DNA of 64,000 nt, from positions 16,871,629 through 16,935,628 of the forward strand of contig NC_092384.1 of assembly GCF_030028105.1 (NCBI RefSeq). Reading direction: 5' to 3'. Positions within the stretch are counted from its first letter, which is position 1, and each line of letters starts with the position of its first letter. A program made the position numbers and the translations under genes. The stretch comes from Mobula birostris (Eukaryota). Below the pieces are notes generated by a model. The model was not told the origin of the DNA and made no database searches. It saw only the letters and a list, made by a program, of their open reading frames with translations. Of this stretch, positions 1 to 10,796 are shown piece by piece.

Positions 1-280
1 CAATAATATAACTGAAATTGGCAGGAATTGTGAGCGTTTCGTGAGACACCAGACACTTTACCCTGAGCAGGCTGCGCATCTTCCAAAGTACTGGAAGCCT
101 CATAAGATCCTTCTGAAGTCTTATTTATTGCTGTTTCTATTTTGGTTAGAATTTCCATACTATTGCTTTCCCAAAACTTTTCTAATCTCTTCGGACTAAA
201 TGTTCCAGTTTTACACATAAGTTTCCGGGATTTTGGTGAAGTTTCTTCAACACGAACGATTTTCAGCGGAGTTGGGGGTC
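1..280 (-). pseudogene. C1-set Ig exon, frameshifted
   Basis: Acceptor ttctgttgtag (AG at 282-281). Reads PPTPLKIVRV..RKLMCKTGTFSPKRLEKFW..EGSYEASSTL..QGK, then shifts frame into KCLVSHETLTIPANFSYII. It is collinear with the C1 exon at 39634-39921 (+3 nt, -11 nt). Confidence 0.88.
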
Positions 281-1468
281 CTACAACAGAATAAAAGGCG
301 ACGGAGAATTGAACGCATGTATTCTACGTCTCACAGTATCACTCTCTATTGCTATTATTGCGGTCGTTTGAAATCGCCTGAATTTGTCAGTTATTAATTG
401 TTTCAGTGGGCAAATAAACATGACAATACAGATTTGCTGGTGACAGGTGGGGAATGCACACCTGTTTGGAATGAACGTGGCAGACTTAGCTCGCGCTAGG
501 ATTGACTTTATTTCTTCTTTAAACTGACCATTTTTGGTCCGACCTGCCCCTTCATTGCTCGATTTTGTTTTCACGCAAAGTGAGCGTCAGTGAATCTGCA
601 TACCTACGCTGGTTTCAATGGGATTGGCATTGTGGAGCAGCACACGGAGCAAGCTGTGTTTCTCACTGTACAGGTTTTACACATACGTCCCGTAATTGAC
701 ATTAATGAAGTTCCTTTGTTTGTCTTTGGGCTTTAGATGTAAGGGGCATATATTCCTCTGTGAATTTACTGAACTGTTGATTACAGTGTTGCGATGTTCC
801 CCGTTCCCCAAAAGCTCTTCGAGTGTTTGGCAGAGTGAACGATGTTAATTAATTACTTATAAATATTTGTAGCTATGTGATTAAGCATCTGCTGGATCGA
901 AATAGGCAAAATCCGTCGGGATGTGGTTGGAAAAAGCAGGCTGACCAACGGGCGAATATCGTTTAACCTCGACAATGCTTCGCTTTGAATAAGATGGCTT
1001 GTGATTTGCCCTTCAACACAATTTGTCTACAGCTCCCTATCTCCATAATTGTCGAATCAAATCAAATTCTTCGTCTAAAAATGAGGTGGTTCAGTTCATC
1101 CGCTGTTTAAAGCTTTTGATTGTTGAAAGTTGTCGGGCTGGTTGAGGAATAGGTCAAGGCGGGGAGAGGGCGTGGTCCTTGAGCAGGAGTATAGGCATAA
1201 CAAATACAGTATATGGTTGGAAGTATCAACGGTCCAAATAATAGGTGGAGCAAAAGCCAATCTCCAGGTTCACTTCGAAATAATAAACAGGATAATCCGA
1301 ACAGTAAAATAGTAAATGATATTTTCCTTTTTGTTAAAAAGGTGTAAAGCGAATTAGTGACACAAATTCTTACCCAAGCACACCGTTTCACAACACTTCC
1401 GCAATCTTGACTTTACCTAAATAGCAAAGAGTTGAAAATTTTCCACTTACAGGAATAAAGACACTTAC

Positions 1469-1774
1469 TTAACACAATAAGCTGAGAGCCACTTCCATTT
1501 CCGAATACTTGTTGCTGACTTTTGGCTTGACAGTATTACTCGCCGACGTCTGCGTATCTCACATCTAGGAGGGTAAATGTGCCACTGACTTCCCTTATAT
1601 TGAACTGATTTCTGCTGTCTGGTTCTATAAATGCCTTCTGACCCGCCTTCCACCACAAAACTTCAACAGCATCTTGTAGTATTGGAAATTTGCAGAACAT
1701 GGATTCACTTCCGCCGATTGAGACTTTCAAGATTGGAGGGATTTGTTCCACTCTGGCCGAAGTTGCTTTTGCGG
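1469..1774 (-). pseudogene. V-set Ig exon with J-like G strand and a premature stop
   Basis: Acceptor tttgtcag, donor A|GTAAGT; 306 bp, the same length as the paralogous V exon. Reads AKATSARVEQIPP..MFCKF..W..DVGE*YCQAK..FGNGSGSQLIVL, with TAA in place of the first Tyr of D-x-G-x-Y-Y-C. Confidence 0.9.
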
Positions 1775-2499
1775 CTGACAAAGCATAAGTGAAAATGATG
1801 AAAACAGTTGCACACACTGTACAAAGAATCAACAGACAAAATAGGCAGAACAATGGTACGATCAGAATCACAGTCGAGGGTAAAACAAAGTACAGATGTG
1901 TTAACAGTTTAATCGACACCTTACAAATATTGGCCAGTCTGTCTTTAAACGCTTGTTAATTTAAATTACCTCACAGTTTAAAAAAAAGGTATTTATACTC
2001 TTTGAAAGTACTGACAACTAAGAAAAAAAAATTCTTTGGAGGTTTAAGATTTTTAAATCTTTAATTTTGTCTTCATTTTGGAAGATTTCGGATGGTTTGG
2101 ATTTGACAAAAACTCAGATGTTAAGAAGGATTGGATTTGACAGCCCCACTTAACTCTGAAGGCCACTGTATTAATTTTCTGAAGAAACGTGCCGGACTAT
2201 TCTGGAAACCCCACGAATTGTGCAATATCTGACTATTACCATGTGCATGGCTTTATCACATAGAATCTTTCCTCAGCCATCAGGAAATTGTCACAGATTA
2301 AAAAAGTACTTACAGGCATATTGCAGGATTTGCAAATTCCACTGTACTTGTACTTTAACATGAAAGGTGCTCGATACAGTAGGGATAATCAAACACTGGG
2401 AAACAGAATCAAACCCTTAATTTGCAACCATTCATCGGGCGATCGATCAAAAATCTTAGATCTGTTTCACTCTCCCTGACGCTCTATGATCAGCTGTTC

Positions 2500-3000
2500 G
2501 TAAACACAAAATACTCTGCAGATGCTGGGGTCAAAGCAATACTCACAACACGCTGGAGGGACTCCGCAGGTCGTGAAGCATCCGTGGAAACGATCAGTCA
2601 ACGATCTGGAAAGGAGGAGGGAGATGCCAGAATGAAAAGTCGGTGAGAAGGAGGACGAATTAGAAGGTGACAGGTAAAGCCAGGGCAGTGTGTTTTGGGG
2701 TGTGGGGGATGAAGTAAAAAACTGGGAGATGAGGGCTGGAAAATGCAAAGAAAAATAGAGAATTATGAATATTATCGGTAATGAGAGTAGACCATACGAG
2801 AAAGGGAAGGAGGCGGGCACAAAGGGAAGGTTATAGGCATGTGAGGAGAAAAGATAAGAAGGCAGAGGGGGGAACTGAAAAAGAGAGAGGGGGAAGGAAT
2901 AAATACAGAAAGGAAAGTCGATGCTCATACTATCAGATTGGAGGCTACCAAGACTATATATGAGGTATTGCTCCTCCACCCTGACAGTGGTCTCACGGTG
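2500..3000 (-). mobile_element. Penelope-like element, internally deleted 3' end/tail fragment
   Basis: Matches the tail at 4725-5100 (actcacaacacgctggagg..cagcaggtcg). The minus-strand frame has EEQYLIYSLGSLQ, the GIY-YIG C-terminus. Confidence 0.7.
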
Positions 3001-3001
3001 G

Positions 3002-3190
3002 CATAACCATATAACCATATGTAACCATATAACAGTTACAGCACAGAAACAGGCCATCTCGGCCCTTCTATCGTGCCGAACTCTTACTCTCACCTAGTCC
3101 CACCGACCTGCACTCAGCCCATAACCCTCCACTACTTTCCTGTACATATATCTATCCAATTTAACTTTAAACGTCAACATCAAATCTATC
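3002..3190 (-). mobile_element. CR1-type LINE 3' end with (CCATATAA)-like tail
   Basis: cataaccatataaccatatgtaaccatataac is followed by acagcacagaaacaggcc, the reverse complement of the CR1 3' UTRs at 13720 and 38150. Confidence 0.55.
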
Positions 3191-4724
3191 TCAACTACTT
3201 TTGCAGTTTATCGTCTCCCCAGAATCTTGAACGCCCCCGATGACTTCTAATTCCCCTAACGCCCCCTTCGGACACGTAACCGTCCCTTTGTGGGGCGGTA
3301 TCGCCCAGGCTGGGAATCACTGCTTTAGGGTAAAGGAGGCCATGTTTACATGGATTTACTTAACATCTTCGATTTCCCTCGGGTTATTTACCAGCATTTT
3401 TAAACGTGTCAAATACTTATTGAAACGAATTCAATGGTCAGGCAGTGCATGTGTGGACGACAGGATGCTCAATGTTTTGAGTTCGAGTTTTGGGACTTAG
3501 AGTTCAGAGGGAAAATGCGCAATATATAAATGTGAAAGTGAGGTATGCGTCAGGCGATGGGTGGAACCAAACTCATGGGATGGAATGGTGAAATGTTTGC
3601 AAGCGAAGCGAGAAAAGTTTGATCCAATTTGCTCATTGCAAAATCCTTCAAAACATGTGATTAAGGTCGAGACTAACATGTATTATTAGGATGGATTGAA
3701 GGATAGATTTAGGACAGTTAATGAGTTGACATTGTTGTCATCCAAGAAAAAGGTACCGCGGGATCACAGCCGCTCCGTCGGTACTGCAAACCGACCGTGA
3801 TTTAAGATGGTTAATGAACGCACTTTCCCTGATTTGCCAGAACATTTTAACCGAGATTTAGCCCTCAAATCCTGAACTGAGAATTTCAGTTCTCTATGAA
3901 CCAAAGCGATAAGCCAAGCTTCAAAATCATGTCTGGTGTTTAGCGAATAGAACATTGTTCTTCAACAAATAGACATCAGGATGTGGAAATTGTTTGTTTG
4001 TCGTGGGGTGTTTCTAAATAGCTTGCAGCAACTCCAAGCGATAGAATTTAGTAATACCGTCGTTACAGAGGAGCAATTAGAAATGGCGCCCTCTCCAGGC
4101 AGTGGCGATGACAGAAAACACTTGATTGGGATGATTCAGAGGGAATTACAAGTTTACTCTCTGTACTTTGCAAATATTTTACAATATTGAACCCGCTATC
4201 GGTTAAATCTCTATCTTACTTATTTACTTTCTTTATTTGACTATTCTGATCTATCACCAGATAAATAGAATGCAAACGTGCTTTTACATCTTGATGAGAA
4301 AGCTCAGTTGATTTTTTTTTTTGTACAGGACATTCTGTAGCTCTGAAAAATAAGGATAAAGAGTTGAAACAGCGTTGGGAGTGAGCGGAAAATAAATAAG
4401 TCGGAGAAAGTATTATCGAAAGTAAGACTGGTCATTGGTCAGCAGTTGTGGCTTTGTTAGCCAGACAAATGACTGGTTGTGTTTTTTTTTAATGGGTAGG
4501 TTAAGAAATGAACAAAGAAGGTAAGAGTACAAAGATCCTGTCAACGAAGAATAAGATAGGATATGATGGATCTTTACTTGAAAGTGGGCACGGAAACAGT
4601 ATTTAACAGTGAATAAACCGATAAGATTGGAGATGGGAGGTGACCTAGGTGAACGAAGTAAATGAATCATTGGCAAAGTTAAATCTATCGCAGTCATCCG
4701 TCTGATAGACAAATCTTCCAGAAA

Positions 4725-6210
4725 CAGCACTCACAACACGCTGGAGGAACTCAGCAGGTCGGGCAGCAACGGTGGAAACGATCATTCAATGATTAGGGCC
4801 GGAACCCTTCGTCAGGACTGAAGAGAGAAGGGGCAGAGGCCCTATAAAGAAGGTGGGGGGAGGGTGGGAAGGAGAAGGTTGGTAGGTTCCAGGTGAAAAA
4901 CCAGGAAGGGGAAAGATAAAAGGGTGGGAGAGGGGAAGCCGGGAGGTGGTAGGCAGGAAAGGTGAAGAAGCAATAGAGGAAAAGAAACAGGGTAGTAGAA
5001 GCAGGCGGAACGATGAAGGAGGTGATAGACAGCTGGGGGAGGGGGCAGAGTGAAATAGGGATAGGGGAAGGGAGTGGGAGGGAATTACCGGAAATTGGAT
5101 AATTCTATGTTCATACCAAGGGGCTGGAGACTACCCAGACGGTATATGAGGTGTTGCTCCTCCAAGCTGAGTTTAGCCTCATCATGGAAGTAGAAGACGC
5201 CATGTATTGACATATCCGAATGGGAATGTGAAGTAGAGTTGAAGTGGGTGGCAACCGGGAGATCCTGTCTGTTGCGGCGGACGAAGCGGTAGCACCGGCT
5301 GCAATAGGTGACCCCAACAGACTCACAATTGAAGTGTTGCCTCACCTGGAAGGACTGCTTAGGGCCCTGGATGATGGCAAGAGAGGAGGTGTAAGCACAG
5401 GTGTAGCACTTACACTTACAGGGATAAGTGCCGAGTGGGAGATCCGTGGGGAGGGACGTGTGGACCAGGGAGTCGCGGAGGGGCCAGTCCCCGCGGAAAG
5501 AAGAGAGGGAAAGATGTGCTTAGTGGTGGGGTCCTGTTGAGGGTGGCAGAAGTTGCGGAGGATAATGTGCTTGATCTGGAGGCTGGTAGGTTGGTAGGTG
5601 AGGACAAGGGGAACACTGTCCTTGTTGCGGTGGCGGGAGGATAGGGTGAGGGCCGAAGTGCGGGAAATGGAGGAGATGTGGGTGACGGCATCATTGATGA
5701 CGGCAGATGGGAAACCACGATCCTTAAAGAAGGAGGACATTTGAGATATCCTGGAATGGAAAGCCTCATCCTAGGAGCAGGTGCGGCGGAGACAGAGGAA
5801 CTAGGAATAGGGAATGGGATTTTTGAATGTGGCAGAGTGAGAAGAGGTATAGTCGAGGTAGTTATGAGAGTCCGTGGGCTTGTAGAAGATGTCAGTGGAC
5901 AGTCTGTCTCTCCAGATGGAGACCAAGAGATCGAGAAAGGGGAGAGAAGTGTCCGAGATAGACCAAGCGAATTTGAGGGCTGGGTGGAAGTTTGAAGTAA
6001 AGTCGATGAAATTGACGAGCTCAGCATGGGTGCAGGAAGCAGCACCAATGTAATCGTCAATGTAGTGAAGGAAAAGTTGGGGAGCAGTACCATAATAAGT
6101 TTGGAGCACAGACTGTTCCACATAACCAGCGAAGAGGCAGGCATAGCTGGGGCCCTTGCAAGTGCCCACAGCTACAACCTTGGTCTGAAGGGAATCTTCT
6201 GTCTGAAGGA
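4725..6210 (-). mobile_element. Penelope-like retroelement fragment (RT C-terminus, GIY-YIG endonuclease, tail)
   Basis: RT motifs GPSYACLFAGYVEQ..FLHYIDDYIGAA..PFLDL..YKPTDSHNYLDY; endonuclease motifs PVATHFNS..LEEQHLIYRLGSLQPLGMNIE. Confidence 0.85.
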
Positions 6211-7627
6211 TTTCTGTTACTGCCATATGATACTGAAGTTGTATTTTACAGTTAATTATGAACATTAAGCCGTGAATGAATATGAAAAGCCAGAGTTTCA
6301 AATAACTGAAAAAATGATTAGGGTAAACTTTCATCATACGACTTTTACTTATCAAAATTAAAGCAGAAAAGTGTTATCACAAGGACAAGTTGCGAAAGTT
6401 CAACAATATCGTGTGCTTTCTATTTCCCTCGGTTGAACGTTGACTTAAGTGAACAAAAATAGCTTTTTAATGGGTGGATTTCCCTGCCTAAAAATTTCCC
6501 TGGCTGTTGATGGAAAATATCTGTAATTTTATATTTATCATCTGAGGACTGTGGAGGCAAAATTATTGGGACGTATTAAAGCAGGAGTAAATCCGTTTGC
6601 TTAGATTTCCAGAATCTACAGATTTTCTTTTGTTTTTAAGGGGAAGTAATTTTTTTTTCTTGGAAAGATCACGGACTGTGGAATGGAGCAGAAAACTAAG
6701 CTTATCAGAAATTACCACCTTGAATGGCCAGGCAGTAGAGAGGCGCAGAATGGCTTATTACTGTTTCTATTCTCAATTTTCTTTTTTGGAATTTTTTTTT
6801 TTAGTGAGATTTGCCTCTAATGAATCCGAAAATCATTGAAAACGAAAATGATCACTTAACTTCCAAACTCATATATGTGATATTGATTATCAATCTTTGT
6901 CTGGATGCAAAAAAAATGAAACGAACCAAAGCCTCAGGCCTGCACTCATTGACAGTCCATAGCTCTTCACTGTAGTTGGATTATTAGCCTCACAGCTTCT
7001 ATGATCTATTTACATCTGCTTGCAATGTATCCTTGTTTTGATGTTTGGATGCTGAGGTGTTCTTGGAATTGGGAGACTGCAGACTGGCGTAAGTCAGTTT
7101 GTCATCTCCATTTCCTTTAGTCTGTGTAATTAGTTCAATGTCAATGGTTAGTCTAGCATTTAGTAAGTAATTGAATCAAAGGATTGTAAAATAGATTAGC
7201 GATGTACCCATAAGTTATAAACTTTAGATTCATACAAATTTTATGTCAACATTCCTTCAAGATTTCCCTTTTTGATTTCATTATAGGCGTTTCTTTCCTT
7301 ACTTAAAAAGAACTTTAACAAAATTAAGTTAGGAGTTTAGCGAAATCCTTGAAGTAACAGTTATGGTACAAAATATTTGGATAACTCATAATACAAGCGT
7401 ATTTTGTGTTATCTGTGTCTGATTGCCGCATTCTGTTTCGTCAAAAGACGTCACAGGTGTTTGCTCAGCCGCACCTGCCAACACAGTTCCAAATGCACAT
7501 GGACATTGTCGTCAGTGGACAGCGCATAACTGATAGGACGATCGTTGGCACTTTGTTCATTCAAGCTCTCTTATTACAAGTTTGTCACAATCCGGTATTT
7601 CCGCTAGTTCAGTTCTCTGCGGTTATT

Positions 7628-8080
7628 ATCAGACAGTAAGAAGGAATCTGATAGGAGCGGACAGTGAACCCTGGAAGACATGGAAGGAGGAGGAGTACCA
7701 AGGGGAGGCGATGGGGAAATGAGGAGAAGAGAAGAGGTGAAAGGGAAACAGAATGAGGAATGGAAAAAAATAGAGAATGGAATGGTGGAGAGATCACCAA
7801 CAGCTGGAGAAATCGATGCTCATGCCTCCGGTTTTCCCACATTCCAAAGACGCACGGGTTAGGAGGTCAATTATATTTAAGATCAGTATAGTGCCAATGT
7901 ATGCTCAAGCTTGTAAAATTAACTTCCTTTGCGATTTTAGATATATATGAACCCCCGGGGTACTCCGATTTTTCCACATTCCAAAGAGGTACGGGTTAGG
8001 ATGTCAGTTGGTCACGTGGGTTTGTCTGAGCGGCATGGACTAGTTGCACCAGAAAGGCTTGTTAGTGCTATATCTCTTAT
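7628..8080. mobile_element. Penelope tail fragment (7628-7815) fused to a partly duplicated tRNA-type SINE remnant (7822-8080)
   Basis: Matches 30730-30915 and the SINE at 32429-32660 (cccacattccaaagacg..ggtcac..tatctct). Confidence 0.6.
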
Positions 8081-8102
8081 GCAAATCCATATCATATTCA
8101 TG

Positions 8103-8230
8103 CTAATCTCTCTGCTTTACCTGGGAATAGATAACGCGCTCCTCCGGTTGTCGATCTTTGCGAAAGCGTTTGCTGCGCTGTGGTTTACTGAAGCATAGGC
8201 AGTGGTGTGCTCAACCGGTGCTTGTTCAGC
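8103..8230 (-). pseudogene. Orphan terminal cytoplasmic exon of the V-C1 receptor family, 1-bp deletion relative to paralogue
   Basis: Intact acceptor tttttctaacag, phase 0. Reads AEQAPVEHTTAYASVNHSAANAFAKIDNRRSALSIPR* (stop 8117-8119). The ancestral frame continues FRKDRQPEERVIYSQVKQRD* (stop 8103-8105). Homologous to 34278-34415. Confidence 0.85.
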
Positions 8231-9064
8231 CTGTTAGAAAAACATATTTAATACAGCTAACTGAGACAGAGGTCAGTGTCATCATAAACTTAATCTGATT
8301 TGGAAAATCAAATCACAGAGAAGGTTTTAACGAATGGTTGGAATAGCGTTTTGTCTGCGCACAATGATACATCATACCGGATGCGTGATCTCAACCATTT
8401 CAGGCTGGAAGTCGCAATGTTTTCTTTAGATTTTCAAACGACCGCTTATAACAATCCTATGAGTAGGATGGAATTCTCATTTCGAGCCATCTCTTTTTTC
8501 ATCTCCCAAGTCCTATTCCTTACGTTTCTATAGGTTTTTTTTTTGCATGGGTATCGTCCGATGTTCCACCTCTTATGAATGCGTCCGAATGTTTAAATCA
8601 TTGGCCTGACCATACAGAAACTGCGTCCCTTATGTTAGCTAAGTTAAGGATATTGGAGCAAATGAGAAGTCCTGATGCTAAGTCTCGCTTAACTGAGGCA
8701 ACAAACACGGGAACAGCATTCCTGGGGCTCTCTTGATTTGATTGGTTTTGGTGGTATATCACTCAAATTACAGAGAGCAAATAGACGTACTAGTTACAGT
8801 AAATATTAAAATGGCATTTGTTTTGGCTCATATAACGGTATAACATTTCAGAGTAATAAAGCAATAGCAAAAGTTTAATCATAAATACTTCAGCAACTTA
8901 GATATTTCTCTAAAAAGCAGCCCTACATTCTGGAAACGTTACGAACGCTGGTAAGAGTTTTAATGCAGCTCTACTATAGTGAAATCAGTGATGTATGACT
9001 GCGTTAACTTGGTGAACTCAAAAGCTGCTTCAGTCGCTTCCTTTGCACTTAGCCTACTTCCTAG

Positions 9065-10115
9065 TATGGGTGGAACATTGGCTGTTGGACAAAAAACAGA
9101 GAGTAGGAAGAAAGGGATCCTACTGTGGTTGGATGCCGGTTACCAGTGTAGTTCCACAGGGATCGATGTTGAAACGTTGCATTTAACCATTTGGACTATG
9201 GGATTAATCGATTAGTGTCTAAATTTGGCGATGATACAAAGATAAGTGGAGGAGCGGGAAGTGTTGAGGAAACAGAGAGTCCGCAGACAGACTTAGATAG
9301 TTCATCGGAATGAGCAAAGAAATGGTAAACGAAATACAATGTTGGAAAGTGTATGGTCATGCACTTTGGTAGAAGAAATAAACGGGTAGACTACTATTTA
9401 GATGGGGAGCGAATTCAAAATGCAGGGATGCAGACGGGCTTAGGAGCCCTTGTGCAGGATACCCTGAAGGTTAACCTTCACGTTGAGTCGGTGGTGAAGA
9501 AGGTGAATGCAATGTGGGCATTCATTTCGAGAGGTATAGAATATAAGAGCAGGGATGTGATGTTGAGGCTCTATAAGGTACTCGTGAAAACACATTTGGA
9601 ATATTGTGTGCACTTTTGGGCTCCTGATTTTAGAACCGATATACTGACATTGAAGAGGGTTCAGAGAAGATTCACGAGAATGATTCCAGGAATGAAAGGG
9701 TTACCGTATGAGGAAAGTCTGGCAGCTCTTCGGCTGTATTCCCTGGAGTTCAGGAGAATGACAGAGGATCTCATAGAAATATTCCAAATGTTAAAAGGCC
9801 TGAACAGATTAGATATGGCAAAGTTATTTCCCATGCTAGGGAAGTCTAGGACAAGAGGGCACGACTTCAGGTTTGAAGGACGTCCATTTAGAAAGAGATG
9901 CGGAGAAATTACTTTGGTCAGAGGATGGTAAATCTGTGGAGTTTGTTGCCATGAGTGGCTGTGGAGGCCAAGTCGTTGGGTGTATTAAAAGGGGTATGGG
10001 AAGAAGGCAGAGGAGCAGAGATGACTGGAAGAATTGGATCAGCCCATGATTGAATGGTGCAGCAAACTGGATGGGTCGAATGGCCTACTTCTGCTTCTAT
10101 ATCTTATGGTCTGAC
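9065..10115 (+). mobile_element. CR1-type LINE, 5'-truncated RT/3' UTR
   Basis: ORF 9353-9931 has HLEYCVHFWAP..RVQRRFTRMIPG..LYSLEFRR..RTRGH; the upstream frame has KFGDDTK. Confidence 0.9.
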
Positions 10116-10796
10116 GCACGAAATATCGTTGCGTAAAATTAGATCAAAATGCGTTAAAATGGGCAAACTGATTAATGAAACATGTTATGTTATCAAGAGA
10201 AACCAGGTGGGAAGATTAATAACACCGAAGAGCTGGAAACATGAAACAAAACAAATAGTAGGCCATAGTAATCTTAGTCGGTCAGGAATGCATGGAAAAC
10301 AAAACCGAAAAGAGATTGACGAGCTAGACTGGTTTGAACAGTCAGTCAATTCCCTCGATCGCCGTCATTCACACGTCTCCGGTACAATGTGTGATTTTGG
10401 ATTCTGAGCATTCAAGAAACTGCACTAGGGAAGCGACATATCGTCGAGCAGTAGGCCTGTTACTTCAGCAATTTTCATCTAATTTAAATGCTTGATCATT
10501 TGGAGGCTGTATACATTTTATGAAATAAGGCATAATAATATGAAAATTTCATAAATTTATTCTATCGATAGAGCGCAGTCTGTATTTTTTTTTACAAAGT
10601 CGGCCCCATAGTGCTCAGGTTGCTCACTCTGGCCAGTTCGCACGAAGAACTCGGTGAGAAGCAACAGCAATTGCTGTTTCTGATAGAAATAGATTCCGGT
10701 TATAGGATGCTGATCACAATGAAGAGAGAGCTTAGACATGAATCTGTAGGTTATTCATTTAAATGATGATGGTAACACAGAGATTCAGGAAGTATT

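Larger units (their letters stand above)
1..1774 (-). pseudogene. Pseudogene of V-C1 Ig-superfamily receptor (paralogue of the 34278-43674 gene); V and C1 exons only, downstream exons lie outside the window
   Basis: V exon 1469-1774 and C1 exon 1-280 have phase-1 boundaries matching the intact paralogue. There is an in-frame TAA at 1536-1538 and an 11-bp frameshifting deletion near 56-59. Confidence 0.88.

Noticed and set aside
281-574. 97-aa minus-strand ORF next to the C1 exon
   Set aside because: It is intronic; its stop codon TAG (281-283) is simply the splice acceptor of the C1 exon, and it has no domain motif.
1775-1919. Hydrophobic N-terminus of ORF 1536-1919 that looks like a signal/TM segment
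   Set aside because: It is translation of the T-rich intron upstream of the acceptor at 1776-1775; the paralogue shows the same artefact (MLILLLIFP).
5342-6144. Long Ser/Pro/Thr-rich ORFs (132-242 aa)
   Set aside because: They are alternative frames of the Penelope RT; the same pattern appears at 58596-59268.
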